55,798 bases of DNA, taken from positions 1-55,798 of the IMG/VR virus record IMGVR_UViG_3300036861_000985. One strand, written 5' to 3'. Numbering within the stretch: position 1 is the first letter of the stretch; each line of letters opens with the position of its first letter. The position numbers and the translations under genes are program-made. Under the pieces are notes generated by a model that saw nothing but the letters and a program-made list of their open reading frames with translations, did no database searches and was not told where the DNA came from. This document shows, one piece after another, positions 45,854-53,610 of the stretch. Source of the DNA: a virus. Taxonomy: Duplodnaviria; Caudoviricetes.

Positions 45854-45920
45854 TCTCGTTGAATCCTACCACCTGGATGCCGCTGGCGCCTAACGCCGCA
45901 GACACCTGCCCGTAGCTGCG

Positions 45921-45949
45921 TTGACAACCTGTCCGACAGGTTGTAGACT
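45921..45949 (+). promoter_or_regulatory. Operator-containing promoter (TTGACA-17-TAGACT) for the RNA ligase operon
   Basis: ACAACCTGTCCGACAGGTTGT extended palindrome; ATG 9 nt after -10. Confidence 0.88.
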
Positions 45950-45958
45950 GCGACGATC

Positions 45959-46825
45959 ATGTCCTATATGCACGTCGAAAACCTGTACAGGCCGAGTGCC
46001 CAGGTCATCCTCCTCTTCCGCGAGTGCTACGCGCTCGAGAAGCTGCACGGCACCTCCGCGCACATCGCGTGGCGCGACGGGAAGGTCTGGCTCTCGCCGG
46101 GCGGCGAGTCCGCGGACCGGTTCCGGCGTCTCTTCGACGAGGCGGCTCTCGCGGCGGCGTTCGAGAAGCTCGGTCATCCGAGCGTGATCGTCTACGGCGA
46201 GGCCTACGGCGGCAGCCAGCAGAAGCAGGCATGGCGCTACGGCAAGGAGCTGCGCTTCGCTGCGTTCGAGGTGCAGATCGGCGAGCACTTCGTGAACGTT
46301 CCGGTCGCGGACGAGATCGTGAAGGGCCTCGGCTTGGAGTTCGTGCACTACAAGCGGATCCCGACCGACCTCGCCGCGATCGACGCCGAGCGCGACGCGC
46401 CGTCGGAGCAAGCTCGCCGCAACGGTGTCGAGGGCGACCAGCCGCGCGAGGGCGTCGTGCTGCGTCCGCTCATCGAGCTGCGCGACAACAGCGGTAGCCG
46501 GATCATCTCGAAGCACAAGCGCGACGAGGAGCGCGAGACGAAGACGCCGCGCGAGGTCGTCGACCCGGCGAAGCTCGCCGTGCTCACGAAGGCGACCGAG
46601 ATTGCCGAGGAGTGGGCCACGCCGACTCGGCTCGAGCACATCCTACAGAAGATGCCGCCCGAGACGAGCATCGAGAAGATGCGCGAGGTCATCGCGGCGA
46701 TGACGGAGGACGTCCTTCGCGAGGGCGCGGGCGAGCTGGTGGACAGCCGCGAGGCTCGTGCGGCGATCGGCAAGCGGACCGCGACGCTCTTCAAGGAGCG
46801 GCTGCAGAGCACGCTCAAGGGCTGA
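45959..46825 (+). CDS. RNA ligase (Rnl2-like nucleotidyltransferase)
   Basis: EKLHGTS (motif I), VYGEAYG, FAAFEV, EGVVLRP, ISKHK. Confidence 0.85.
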   Translation: MSYMHVENLYRPSAQVILLFRECYALEKLHGTSAHIAWRDGKVWLSPGGESADRFRRLFDEAALAAAFEKLGHPSVIVYGEAYGGSQQKQAWRYGKELRFAAFEVQIGEHFVNVPVADEIVKGLGLEFVHYKRIPTDLAAIDAERDAPSEQARRNGVEGDQPREGVVLRPLIELRDNSGSRIISKHKRDEERETKTPREVVDPAKLAVLTKATEIAEEWATPTRLEHILQKMPPETSIEKMREVIAAMTEDVLREGAGELVDSREARAAIGKRTATLFKERLQSTLKG

Positions 46826-46904
46826 CGCTGTGACAACTGCATCGGACTAACGAGAACCAGGCGGGCTCCTCCTCGTCTTCGACATCTACAAAGACAATGC
46901 ACTC

Positions 46905-47486
46905 ATGCGCCGAACGCAGGTGCAGACGTCACGATCGAAGACCGTCGTCAAAATCGGGAAGCTACAGTCCGCCGACCTCAGACTCGAAGACGACAAGGTC
47001 TCGCGCATGCATGCGGTGATCGAGGTCCAGGGCGACGACCTGAGCGGCTACTGGGTCCACGCCATCGATCTCGGCTCGGAAGCCGGCTTCTACGTCAACG
47101 ATCAGAGGCGCAAGGCGATCAAGGTCCGTCTCGTCTCCGGCGATCGCCTACACATCAGCCCGTTCACGGTGATCGTGTACTTCGACGGCGCGCCCGAGAC
47201 GCCGCTCGTCGCGCCGCACGAGAAGCAGGCAGCACGCTACCCAGAGCACGAGAAGATGAACGCGCTCCTCGGCAAGCGCGACGCCGTCGCGCGCTTCCTC
47301 GAATGGATGGAGACGACGGGCTACGTGATCTGCATCGCTCAGCGTGTCGGCGGCTACCGCGACAGCACGGCTACGTACGAGCCCGTCCGCAAGACGGCCG
47401 AGGAGTGGCTCGCTGACCATTTCGGAATCGACCTTCAGAAGATCGCCGCCGAAAAGGCCGCGATGCTCGCAGCACGAAAGGCATGA
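46905..47486 (+). CDS. FHA-domain protein fused to a small phage-type domain
   Basis: VKIGK..SADLRLEDDKVSRMHAVIE, IDLGS..G.YVN, L.SGD.L; similarity seems to extend upstream of the ATG. Confidence 0.8.
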   Translation: MRRTQVQTSRSKTVVKIGKLQSADLRLEDDKVSRMHAVIEVQGDDLSGYWVHAIDLGSEAGFYVNDQRRKAIKVRLVSGDRLHISPFTVIVYFDGAPETPLVAPHEKQAARYPEHEKMNALLGKRDAVARFLEWMETTGYVICIAQRVGGYRDSTATYEPVRKTAEEWLADHFGIDLQKIAAEKAAMLAARKA

Positions 47487-48157
47487 CCACCATCATGACC
47501 ACCAAGACCAAGAAGCAGCCGCATCGTGCCAGCGCCCCGGAAGACACGTCACGAGTCGATCCTCTCTTCCACCTCGCCGGCATGATGGAAGGCGGCACCT
47601 CCCGCTACATCGAAGAGCAGGAGCGCGAGGGGCAGCGGCAGCTCGTGAAGAGCACGTCACTGCCCACGCAGCTCATCGGATGCACGGAAGACGAAGTGCG
47701 CTCGCTCGGGATCGAGCTGGGCCCGGTGCCGACGACAGGAGACAGTCTCTTCCGTCCGGCCACGCTCCCCGGAGGCTGGAAGCTCGTGCCGACCAGTCAC
47801 TCGATGTGGAGCCAGATCATCGACGACCGCGGCTTCGTCCGCGCGGCGATGTTCTACAAGGCGGCGTTCTACGACCGCGCCGCGCACCTCAACCTCCACG
47901 TGCGCATCCACGTACGCAAGGACTACGACGCGGAGAAACGCGACGGGACGACCATCGTCCTCGTCACCGCCGACATGCCCGGGCAGAGCCCGGCGGGAGA
48001 GCAGAACGTCAAGGTGATCCATCGCCACGTGGACGCGAGCGACCTGTCCGACAAGTGGAAGAAGGCAGACGCCGCCGATGCCGCTGCACGCGCCTGGCTC
48101 GACGAGCACTACCCCGACTACAAGAGCGTGACGGCGTATTGGGGCACGGAGTTCTAG
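47483..48157 (+). CDS. Hypothetical phage protein
   Basis: IEEQEREGQRQLV, LFRPATLPGGW, HSMWS, FYKAAFYDR. Confidence 0.7.
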   Translation: MTTIMTTKTKKQPHRASAPEDTSRVDPLFHLAGMMEGGTSRYIEEQEREGQRQLVKSTSLPTQLIGCTEDEVRSLGIELGPVPTTGDSLFRPATLPGGWKLVPTSHSMWSQIIDDRGFVRAAMFYKAAFYDRAAHLNLHVRIHVRKDYDAEKRDGTTIVLVTADMPGQSPAGEQNVKVIHRHVDASDLSDKWKKADAADAAARAWLDEHYPDYKSVTAYWGTEF

Positions 48158-48718
48158 ATGGCGGGCAAGCACCGTCATCGCTGGCGCCGCTGGGCATCCA
48201 ACGGACGCACGAGCCTACGCGGCATGATCGTCTACGAGCGCTGCTCCGGCTGCGACGAGGAGAAGCGACGCAAGGCGACGCCAGAGGAAGTCGCTCAGCG
48301 ACAAGAGGAAGAGCGCGCCAGCCGTAAGCTCCATCGCCTCGCCTTCGAGCTGGACCGGAAGATGAAGAAGAGCGTCGGCTACGCCGCGATGCAGGCGTTC
48401 GAGCGGTTCGCGAAGTCGCACCCGAAGGAAGCCTTCGCGGTGCGCGTCGACGACGCGGTGTTCGCGAACAGCGACATCGGCTTCGTCCTCAACGCGAACG
48501 AGAACGAGCTGTGGTGCATCACCGGCATCTACATGCCGCAGTGCGGGTCGGGGAGCATCAACGAGCACGGTGACGTGTCTCCGCGCTACTTCCACCTCTA
48601 CCCGGGCCACCTCGAGAACCTCTACGAGACGATCGTCCGCTTGCGCCGCATCGCCATGAAGTACCCGGAGTGGCGCGCCGACGTCCGTCGTCGTCAGCGC
48701 TGGAAGCGACACAGGTGA
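48158..48718 (+). CDS. Hypothetical protein
   Basis: Abuts its neighbours in the operon. Confidence 0.6.
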   Translation: MAGKHRHRWRRWASNGRTSLRGMIVYERCSGCDEEKRRKATPEEVAQRQEEERASRKLHRLAFELDRKMKKSVGYAAMQAFERFAKSHPKEAFAVRVDDAVFANSDIGFVLNANENELWCITGIYMPQCGSGSINEHGDVSPRYFHLYPGHLENLYETIVRLRRIAMKYPEWRADVRRRQRWKRHR

Positions 48719-49431
48719 CCGAGTTCCGGCCCAGCCTGTTTCGCAGGGCGTTCGGCTCTCTCGGGAAGGCCGTCCTCGGCCAATCCATCGAGACGTTCTA
48801 CGTGCGCGTGCGCCAGTTCGCGACTCTCGATCGCGCGTCGAGCTTCCCTCCCGCCGCGATCGGTCCCGAAGAGTTCATCGCCCGCGTCTTCGCCTACATG
48901 GACGCCGAGAAGCGCTGCATCGCCGAGACGACCGGAGACATCGCCGCGTGGCTCGCGCTGCCTCAGCGGATCCGTGAGACCGTCCGCCGCGCACTCAGCC
49001 CGGTGCGGTTCGACCCGGCTCCCTGTCCGTGCCGCGGCCTCTCGCTGCATACTCTCGACTGGACCGTCTGCACGCTCTGCGGCCACGCCTGGACTGCTGA
49101 CACCACGGACCGCGTGGTCATCAGCGATGTGCGCGAGATCTTGACCCTCAACCACGCGGCGCTCACGCACGTCGATACCGACGGTGAGCCGACGGGCGAG
49201 TGCGTCTACTGCCACGAGCAGATGCTGCGCAAGTTCCTCACACGCGACCACGTGTGGCCCAAGCGCCTGCGTGGCCCGGGCGGCCACTCTCCGATCGTGC
49301 TCGCGTGCGTCCGATGCAACAACAAGCGCGGCGAGATGACCGTCGTCTCGTTCACCGAATGGCTCGCGTCGCCGAAAGGCCAGAACTGGCTCGCCTCGCG
49401 ACCGCGTACACCGAAAGCTCCATGGAGATGA
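48715..49431 (+). CDS. HNH endonuclease-domain protein
   Basis: CVYC...TRDHVWPK...G...VLACVRCNNKRG. Confidence 0.75.
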   Translation: MTEFRPSLFRRAFGSLGKAVLGQSIETFYVRVRQFATLDRASSFPPAAIGPEEFIARVFAYMDAEKRCIAETTGDIAAWLALPQRIRETVRRALSPVRFDPAPCPCRGLSLHTLDWTVCTLCGHAWTADTTDRVVISDVREILTLNHAALTHVDTDGEPTGECVYCHEQMLRKFLTRDHVWPKRLRGPGGHSPIVLACVRCNNKRGEMTVVSFTEWLASPKGQNWLASRPRTPKAPWR

Positions 49432-49432
49432 T

Positions 49433-50065
49433 ATGAGCAGCGATCACTGCGCACACGGAACCGACATCCGCAACAAGTGCGACGAGTGCGACCGCATCTC
49501 CGCGCTCGAGGGTGACGCTTACATCGCCGAGCGAAAGCTACGCGCAGCCGAGGTCAAGGCGATCGAGGTGCTCGTCGGGATGGACGCCGAGAAGCCGCTC
49601 GACATCATGCCGGAGCTGGCCAAGGTTCGCAGCCAGATCATGGTCGGCCGCGCGACGCTCGCTTCGGCACGTGCTCTAGTCACCGCGGAGAGGGACAAGG
49701 CCAAGCCGCCCTGGATGAAGGCGACGCGATGCGGGCACTGCTCCTCGTGCTGGATCGAGACGCACGGCTGCGGCTGCGACGGCGCCCTCGACGACGGTTG
49801 CTTCAACTGCAACGAACGCAAGCCCCGTCCCGCGTGTCCGGCCTGTGCAAACTGCGGCCAGTACATCTACGAGGCCGCCGCGCCGCACAGCGCCCTTCTC
49901 CACGTCGAAGGCGACGCTTTCTATTGCGACGTCGCGAAGCTCTTCGCGAGCACGCCGAAGCCGAAGTGCCACATCTGCGAAACGGAGACCGACCGTCACG
50001 GTATGTTCTGCTCCGCCGCTGGCGCCCCGCGTCATCGGGCCACCGTCAAGCCCGCGTCACGATGA
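49433..50065 (+). CDS. Cys-rich hypothetical protein
   Basis: Multiple CxxC motifs; coupled to def. Confidence 0.55.
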   Translation: MSSDHCAHGTDIRNKCDECDRISALEGDAYIAERKLRAAEVKAIEVLVGMDAEKPLDIMPELAKVRSQIMVGRATLASARALVTAERDKAKPPWMKATRCGHCSSCWIETHGCGCDGALDDGCFNCNERKPRPACPACANCGQYIYEAAAPHSALLHVEGDAFYCDVAKLFASTPKPKCHICETETDRHGMFCSAAGAPRHRATVKPASR

Positions 50066-50556
50066 CTGTCCTGCGCGTCCTCCGCTATCCCGATCCGCGG
50101 CTCATGCAGAAGAGCCGACGCGTCGGCGATGGCGATGACATCCGCGACCTCGTGCAAGACATGATCGAGACCATGGACGCCGAGGACGGCGCCGGACTCG
50201 CCGCGCCGCAGGTCGGCATCCACCTCCGCGTGTTCGTCCTTTCGAAGGACGTGTGCGAGGCGCAGCAGGTGTTCGTGAACCCGTCCTGGGACGCGCACGG
50301 CGGCAACTCCGAGATGACCGACGAAGAAGAGGGCTGCCTGTCCTTTCCCGGCGTCTACGTGAAGGTTCGTCGTGTCGCCAGCGTGATCGTCACTGCGACC
50401 TCGCTTACCGGTAAGCTGTTCTCGCTGCCCCTCGACAGCCTCGCCGCTGTCGCCGTCCAGCACGAGACCGACCACCTCGACGGACGCCTGATGATCGACG
50501 ATCTGCCGCGTCATGAGCGGCGGCGAATCATCGCGACGAAGATGCGGCGACGCTAG
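50062..50556 (+). CDS. def: Peptide deformylase
   Basis: YPDPRL, GAGLAAPQVG, EGCLS, QHETDHLDG. Confidence 0.95.
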   Translation: MTVLRVLRYPDPRLMQKSRRVGDGDDIRDLVQDMIETMDAEDGAGLAAPQVGIHLRVFVLSKDVCEAQQVFVNPSWDAHGGNSEMTDEEEGCLSFPGVYVKVRRVASVIVTATSLTGKLFSLPLDSLAAVAVQHETDHLDGRLMIDDLPRHERRRIIATKMRRR

Positions 50557-50959
50557 CCTGGATCTTGTCCAGGAACGCGAAGAGCGCGTCGTTGCTGATC
50601 GTCACGGGTCGAATCGCCTCGTCAGCCACGCCCGTGTCCACGTAGTACCAGCCACGGCCGCCGTCCTTCACCGGCCTGTCGAACTCGACCAGCCGCCCAC
50701 TGACCGAGTCCTTCGTGCCGAGCTGTTCGCGAAGCTCGATGTCCTTCGGGACGTCGATCTCCATGTCCACCGCTTCGGATACTGTCCCGAACGGCGCCCC
50801 GGTGTCGTAGTGGTACTCGGTCGCGAGGTACCGGTCGCCGAACTTCGTCCGGATGCCAATGAAGCCGGTGTTCCCGTTGAACACTCCAACGGCGAGGTTG
50901 CGGCTGCGCAGCAGGTAGAGACGGCCACGGATGCACTTGCTGAGTGACGGCAGCTTCAC
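50528..50959 (-). CDS. Hypothetical phage protein
   Basis: LY.LRSRNL.VGVF...GFIGIRTKFG..YL..EYH.D.G.PFGTV. Confidence 0.65.
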   Translation of the reverse strand: MKLPSLSKCIRGRLYLLRSRNLAVGVFNGNTGFIGIRTKFGDRYLATEYHYDTGAPFGTVSEAVDMEIDVPKDIELREQLGTKDSVSGRLVEFDRPVKDGGRGWYYVDTGVADEAIRPVTISNDALFAFLDKIQASVAASSSR

Positions 50960-50961
50960 CG

Positions 50962-51282
50962 TCAGCCCTCCACCTTCACGAGCAGGCCGAAGATGTTGCG
51001 TCCGCTGGTCCAGCCGTTGATGCCGCCGCGGTTGTTTCCGATCTGAAAGCGGTCCTCTTGGATCGCCTTCACGACGTGCAGATACTCGCGTCCGCGAACT
51101 CGGCAAAGCACGATGTCGCCGACCACGATGTCGCCGATGCGCACCTCGCCGGTCGCCGACACCGGCCTCACCGTGCAGAGCTGCCCGGACTCGACGCGAG
51201 GCCGCATCGAGTTACCCGTCGGCCGGAACGAAACGGTCTCTCCGGTACGCAACTTCGCGATGTGTCCCGACGCCCAACCCAT
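50962..51282 (-). CDS. S24/S26 peptidase-like protein
   Basis: RPTGNSMRP, GDIVLC.V.G..YLH.VK; 15-nt-period tandem duplication encoding IGDIV-VGDIV. Confidence 0.7.
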   Translation of the reverse strand: MGWASGHIAKLRTGETVSFRPTGNSMRPRVESGQLCTVRPVSATGEVRIGDIVVGDIVLCRVRGREYLHVVKAIQEDRFQIGNNRGGINGWTSGRNIFGLLVKVEG

Positions 51283-51830
51283 CACACGGCGCCGTCGAGC
51301 ATCTTCCGCATCGCCTTCACGTACCAGACGTTCTCGATGTCTTCGTCGGAGATCTGCTTCAAGTCGTCTTCCGACTCGATCGGTCCCCACCACGACTCGT
51401 AGCCGAACACGATCTTCCCGAGCATCGGCACCACGACCGCCGGGTTGCCAACGCCGAGGCCAATCTCCATCACGCCCGACCTGCGATCGTACTTCGTGGA
51501 CACGCCGATAGGCAGATTACCGATGTGGATGCCGACGTACGTCTTCGTGCCATCGCATGGACGAATGGCCACGAGGCGCGGAGAGCGCATCTTGATTTCC
51601 CTCTCCGTCCACACGACGCCACGGATGACCATGGGCTGTTCCGCCGCGCGCGTCGCTCGCTCGGCGTCCTCCTTCGCGATCTGCTCGAGCGCACGAGCCT
51701 GCGCATCGAGACAGACCTTCTCGTCATCTGGCGCCTCGACCGACGCCCGGTAGATCGCAGCGCGGCGCTCTTCGAGCGCGGCCATCTCCGCGTCGATGCT
51801 CGCCAGCTCAGCCGCGAGATCGCGCCCCAT
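51282..51830 (-). CDS. Hypothetical phage protein
   Basis: VAIRPC..KTY.GI.IG..P, NPA, IVFGYESWW. Confidence 0.65.
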   Translation of the reverse strand: MGRDLAAELASIDAEMAALEERRAAIYRASVEAPDDEKVCLDAQARALEQIAKEDAERATRAAEQPMVIRGVVWTEREIKMRSPRLVAIRPCDGTKTYVGIHIGNLPIGVSTKYDRRSGVMEIGLGVGNPAVVVPMLGKIVFGYESWWGPIESEDDLKQISDEDIENVWYVKAMRKMLDGAV

Positions 51831-52795
51831 CAGCGCCCTGTCGCCACCGAGATCATCGGCGTCGCGCCTCCGGCCACCGTCGGAAGCTTCCCGTCCCAGC
51901 GCTCGATGCGGCGCATCTCGATGACCTGCGGCGTCAGCGATTGCGTGATCGTGCGGTTCGCGTTGGCCTCTGCCGTAGCCATCAGCTCACGGTTCTGCGC
52001 GTCGGCGTGGGTTCGAATGAGGAGCGCGTCGGCGTCTCCCTGTGCTCGCGCTCGGGCGGCATTCGCTTGCCCCTCGGCCTCGGCGACATTCTGTCGCGCT
52101 TCCGCCTCGACCTGCGCCACGCGGTTCTGCGCCGCGACGGCGTCCTGCGTCGCCTGCATGGCACGGTTGATCGCCTCGACGACGTTCGGCGGGAGGCGAA
52201 GCGCTCCCTGGAAGGAGAGCTGGTCGACGACGAAGCCGTCGTGACCCATGCGTCGCTGCACCGAGACGAGCGCGCTCGCGAGCATGGCGGTCTTGCCGGC
52301 ACCGTAGATGTCCTGGATGGCGAGCTGGCACGCCTCCTCGTTCAGCGCGTCGCGTACGAGGTTGCGAACGTAGCCGTGCGTGAGCGTGTCGAGGTCCGTC
52401 GTACGGAAGCGCGTGTAAAGCCGTCCAGCGTGCTGGGCATCGACGTGGTAGCTCAGGGCCACGTCAGCGCTCACCGAGACGCCTTCCTTCGACGAGAAGG
52501 TGATGCTCTCGTCGATGGCATTGCCCTCGTTGGCGTTCTTCGTCCAGATGGCCGTCTGCACGGTGGTAGGAAACTCGATGACCGTCTCGGAGATGGGGTT
52601 GTACGCCACCCAGCCCGACACGATCGGCAAGTCCTGCACGCCTCGGTTCGCGCCCGCACGTTCGACACGGATGCCGATGTGCCCGGGCTCGATCAGCGTG
52701 CACGAGTTGCACGAGCACACGCCCGCCGTCGCCAAAAAGACGACGCCGAAGACCACCCACGCGATTGCACGGCCCCCGCCGCTTCGTTCGCTCAT
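51830..52795 (-). CDS. SPFH/prohibitin-domain membrane protein
   Basis: N-terminal TM, IEPGHIGI.V, EFPT, AEA-rich coiled coil, IERWDGKLP. Confidence 0.88.
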   Translation of the reverse strand: MSERSGGGRAIAWVVFGVVFLATAGVCSCNSCTLIEPGHIGIRVERAGANRGVQDLPIVSGWVAYNPISETVIEFPTTVQTAIWTKNANEGNAIDESITFSSKEGVSVSADVALSYHVDAQHAGRLYTRFRTTDLDTLTHGYVRNLVRDALNEEACQLAIQDIYGAGKTAMLASALVSVQRRMGHDGFVVDQLSFQGALRLPPNVVEAINRAMQATQDAVAAQNRVAQVEAEARQNVAEAEGQANAARARAQGDADALLIRTHADAQNRELMATAEANANRTITQSLTPQVIEMRRIERWDGKLPTVAGGATPMISVATGR

Positions 52796-52802
52796 TGCCC
52801 CA

Positions 52803-53021
52803 TCAGTCCTTTCGGAACCACGTCCTGACCGCGGACGCCAGCAGAGCACCCGATGCCAGAACGACCAGCGGACCCAGCACGTACAGCCCGCCGAACGCGA
52901 CATCCGACGTCGAGTTCACGAGCAGCCTGAAGAGAAAGCCGCCGAGCATGAGAAGCCCGAGGCCCATGACGAGCAGCATGCAGCCGCGCACCACCAGTAC
53001 GCGGCTGAACGGCCGGCTCAC
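52803..53021 (-). CDS. Small two-TM membrane protein
   Basis: Two hydrophobic segments. Confidence 0.55.
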   Translation of the reverse strand: MSRPFSRVLVVRGCMLLVMGLGLLMLGGFLFRLLVNSTSDVAFGGLYVLGPLVVLASGALLASAVRTWFRKD

Positions 53022-53323
53022 GCCGCGTCCTTACGCAGATCGATGAACGCCTTCCACGCGTCCAGGCGATCACTCCGTGCCGGCCCCTCGAAGAACGTGT
53101 GATGCCCCGGTACGAGCGCCACGACCGCGAACGCGTACCCGCTCGCCTTCACGATGATGTTCGCGTAGACGGCCTTCCATGTCTCGAGCGCCACCCGCTG
53201 CAGGCGGTCGCACTCGACCCAGTACTCGGCGGGGAACTGCTCTAGCGCCGACGACTCGGTCGGCTCGTGTTGCGCCTCGGCGGGCGCGTCTTCCGGCAGA
53301 TCACTGAGCGGGCTGAGCGGCAT
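53018..53323 (-). CDS. Hypothetical protein
   Basis: ORF track; GTGA overlap downstream. Confidence 0.5.
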   Translation of the reverse strand: MPLSPLSDLPEDAPAEAQHEPTESSALEQFPAEYWVECDRLQRVALETWKAVYANIIVKASGYAFAVVALVPGHHTFFEGPARSDRLDAWKAFIDLRKDAA

Positions 53324-53346
53324 CCTTTGGTCCTGAGAGTGGAAGC

Positions 53347-53427
53347 CGTGGCGACGGAGATGGCAGAGAACATGTCCCTTGCGGGAACCGATTACGAGTC
53401 GATGTAGTCTCTACCGCATTCGCCACG
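53347..53427 (-). ncRNA. Y RNA-like hairpin 3, displaying a Thr(CGU) anticodon stem-loop
   Basis: CGUGGCGA/UCGCCACG terminal stem, GGCGAAUG motif, UACAUC, AUCGA-CUCGUAA-UCGGU, UCCC-GCAA-GGGA. Confidence 0.75.
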
Positions 53428-53441
53428 AGCTACCGGAAAGT

Positions 53442-53507
53442 GTGCCGACGGAGGTTGACGCAGACGTTTCTCTTAGCAGGGGATGTAGTCTGCGCCGCAT
53501 TCGGCAC
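53442..53507 (-). ncRNA. Y RNA-like hairpin 2, displaying a Ser(GCU) anticodon loop
   Basis: GUGCCGA/UCGGCAC stem, GCCGAAUG motif, UACAUC, UCCC-CUGCUAA-GAGA. Confidence 0.75.
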
Positions 53508-53514
53508 GGAAAGA

Positions 53515-53537
53515 GCGGACGACAGACACTCGTCCGC
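53515..53537 (-). terminator. Hairpin between Y RNA-like units (weak terminator or processing signal)
   Basis: GCGGACGA/UCGUCCGC 8-bp stem followed by UCUUU. Confidence 0.45.
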
Positions 53538-53545
53538 AGAAAAGT

Positions 53546-53604
53546 GGAACCGACGGGGAGTGGCGAGTGGTGTATCCGATGTACACCCGCCGGTATTCGG
53601 TTCC
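53546..53604 (-). ncRNA. Y RNA-like hairpin 1 (minimal unit)
   Basis: GGAACCGA/UCGGUUCC stem, CCGAAUA variant motif, GGCGGGUG/CACUCGCC inner stem, UACAUC; starts 6 nt after the Ro60 stop. Confidence 0.7.
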
Positions 53605-53610
53605 TGACGT

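Noticed and set aside
48043-48055. CCTGTCCGACAAG, similar to the regulon palindrome
   Set aside because: It lies inside a CDS (encodes DLSDK) with no -35 or -10 at the right spacing; probably chance.
53347-53604. CRISPR array or true tRNA genes downstream of Ro60
   Set aside because: The units are self-complementary hairpins with divergent stems, not identical repeats with spacers. There are no D or T arms and no cas genes.
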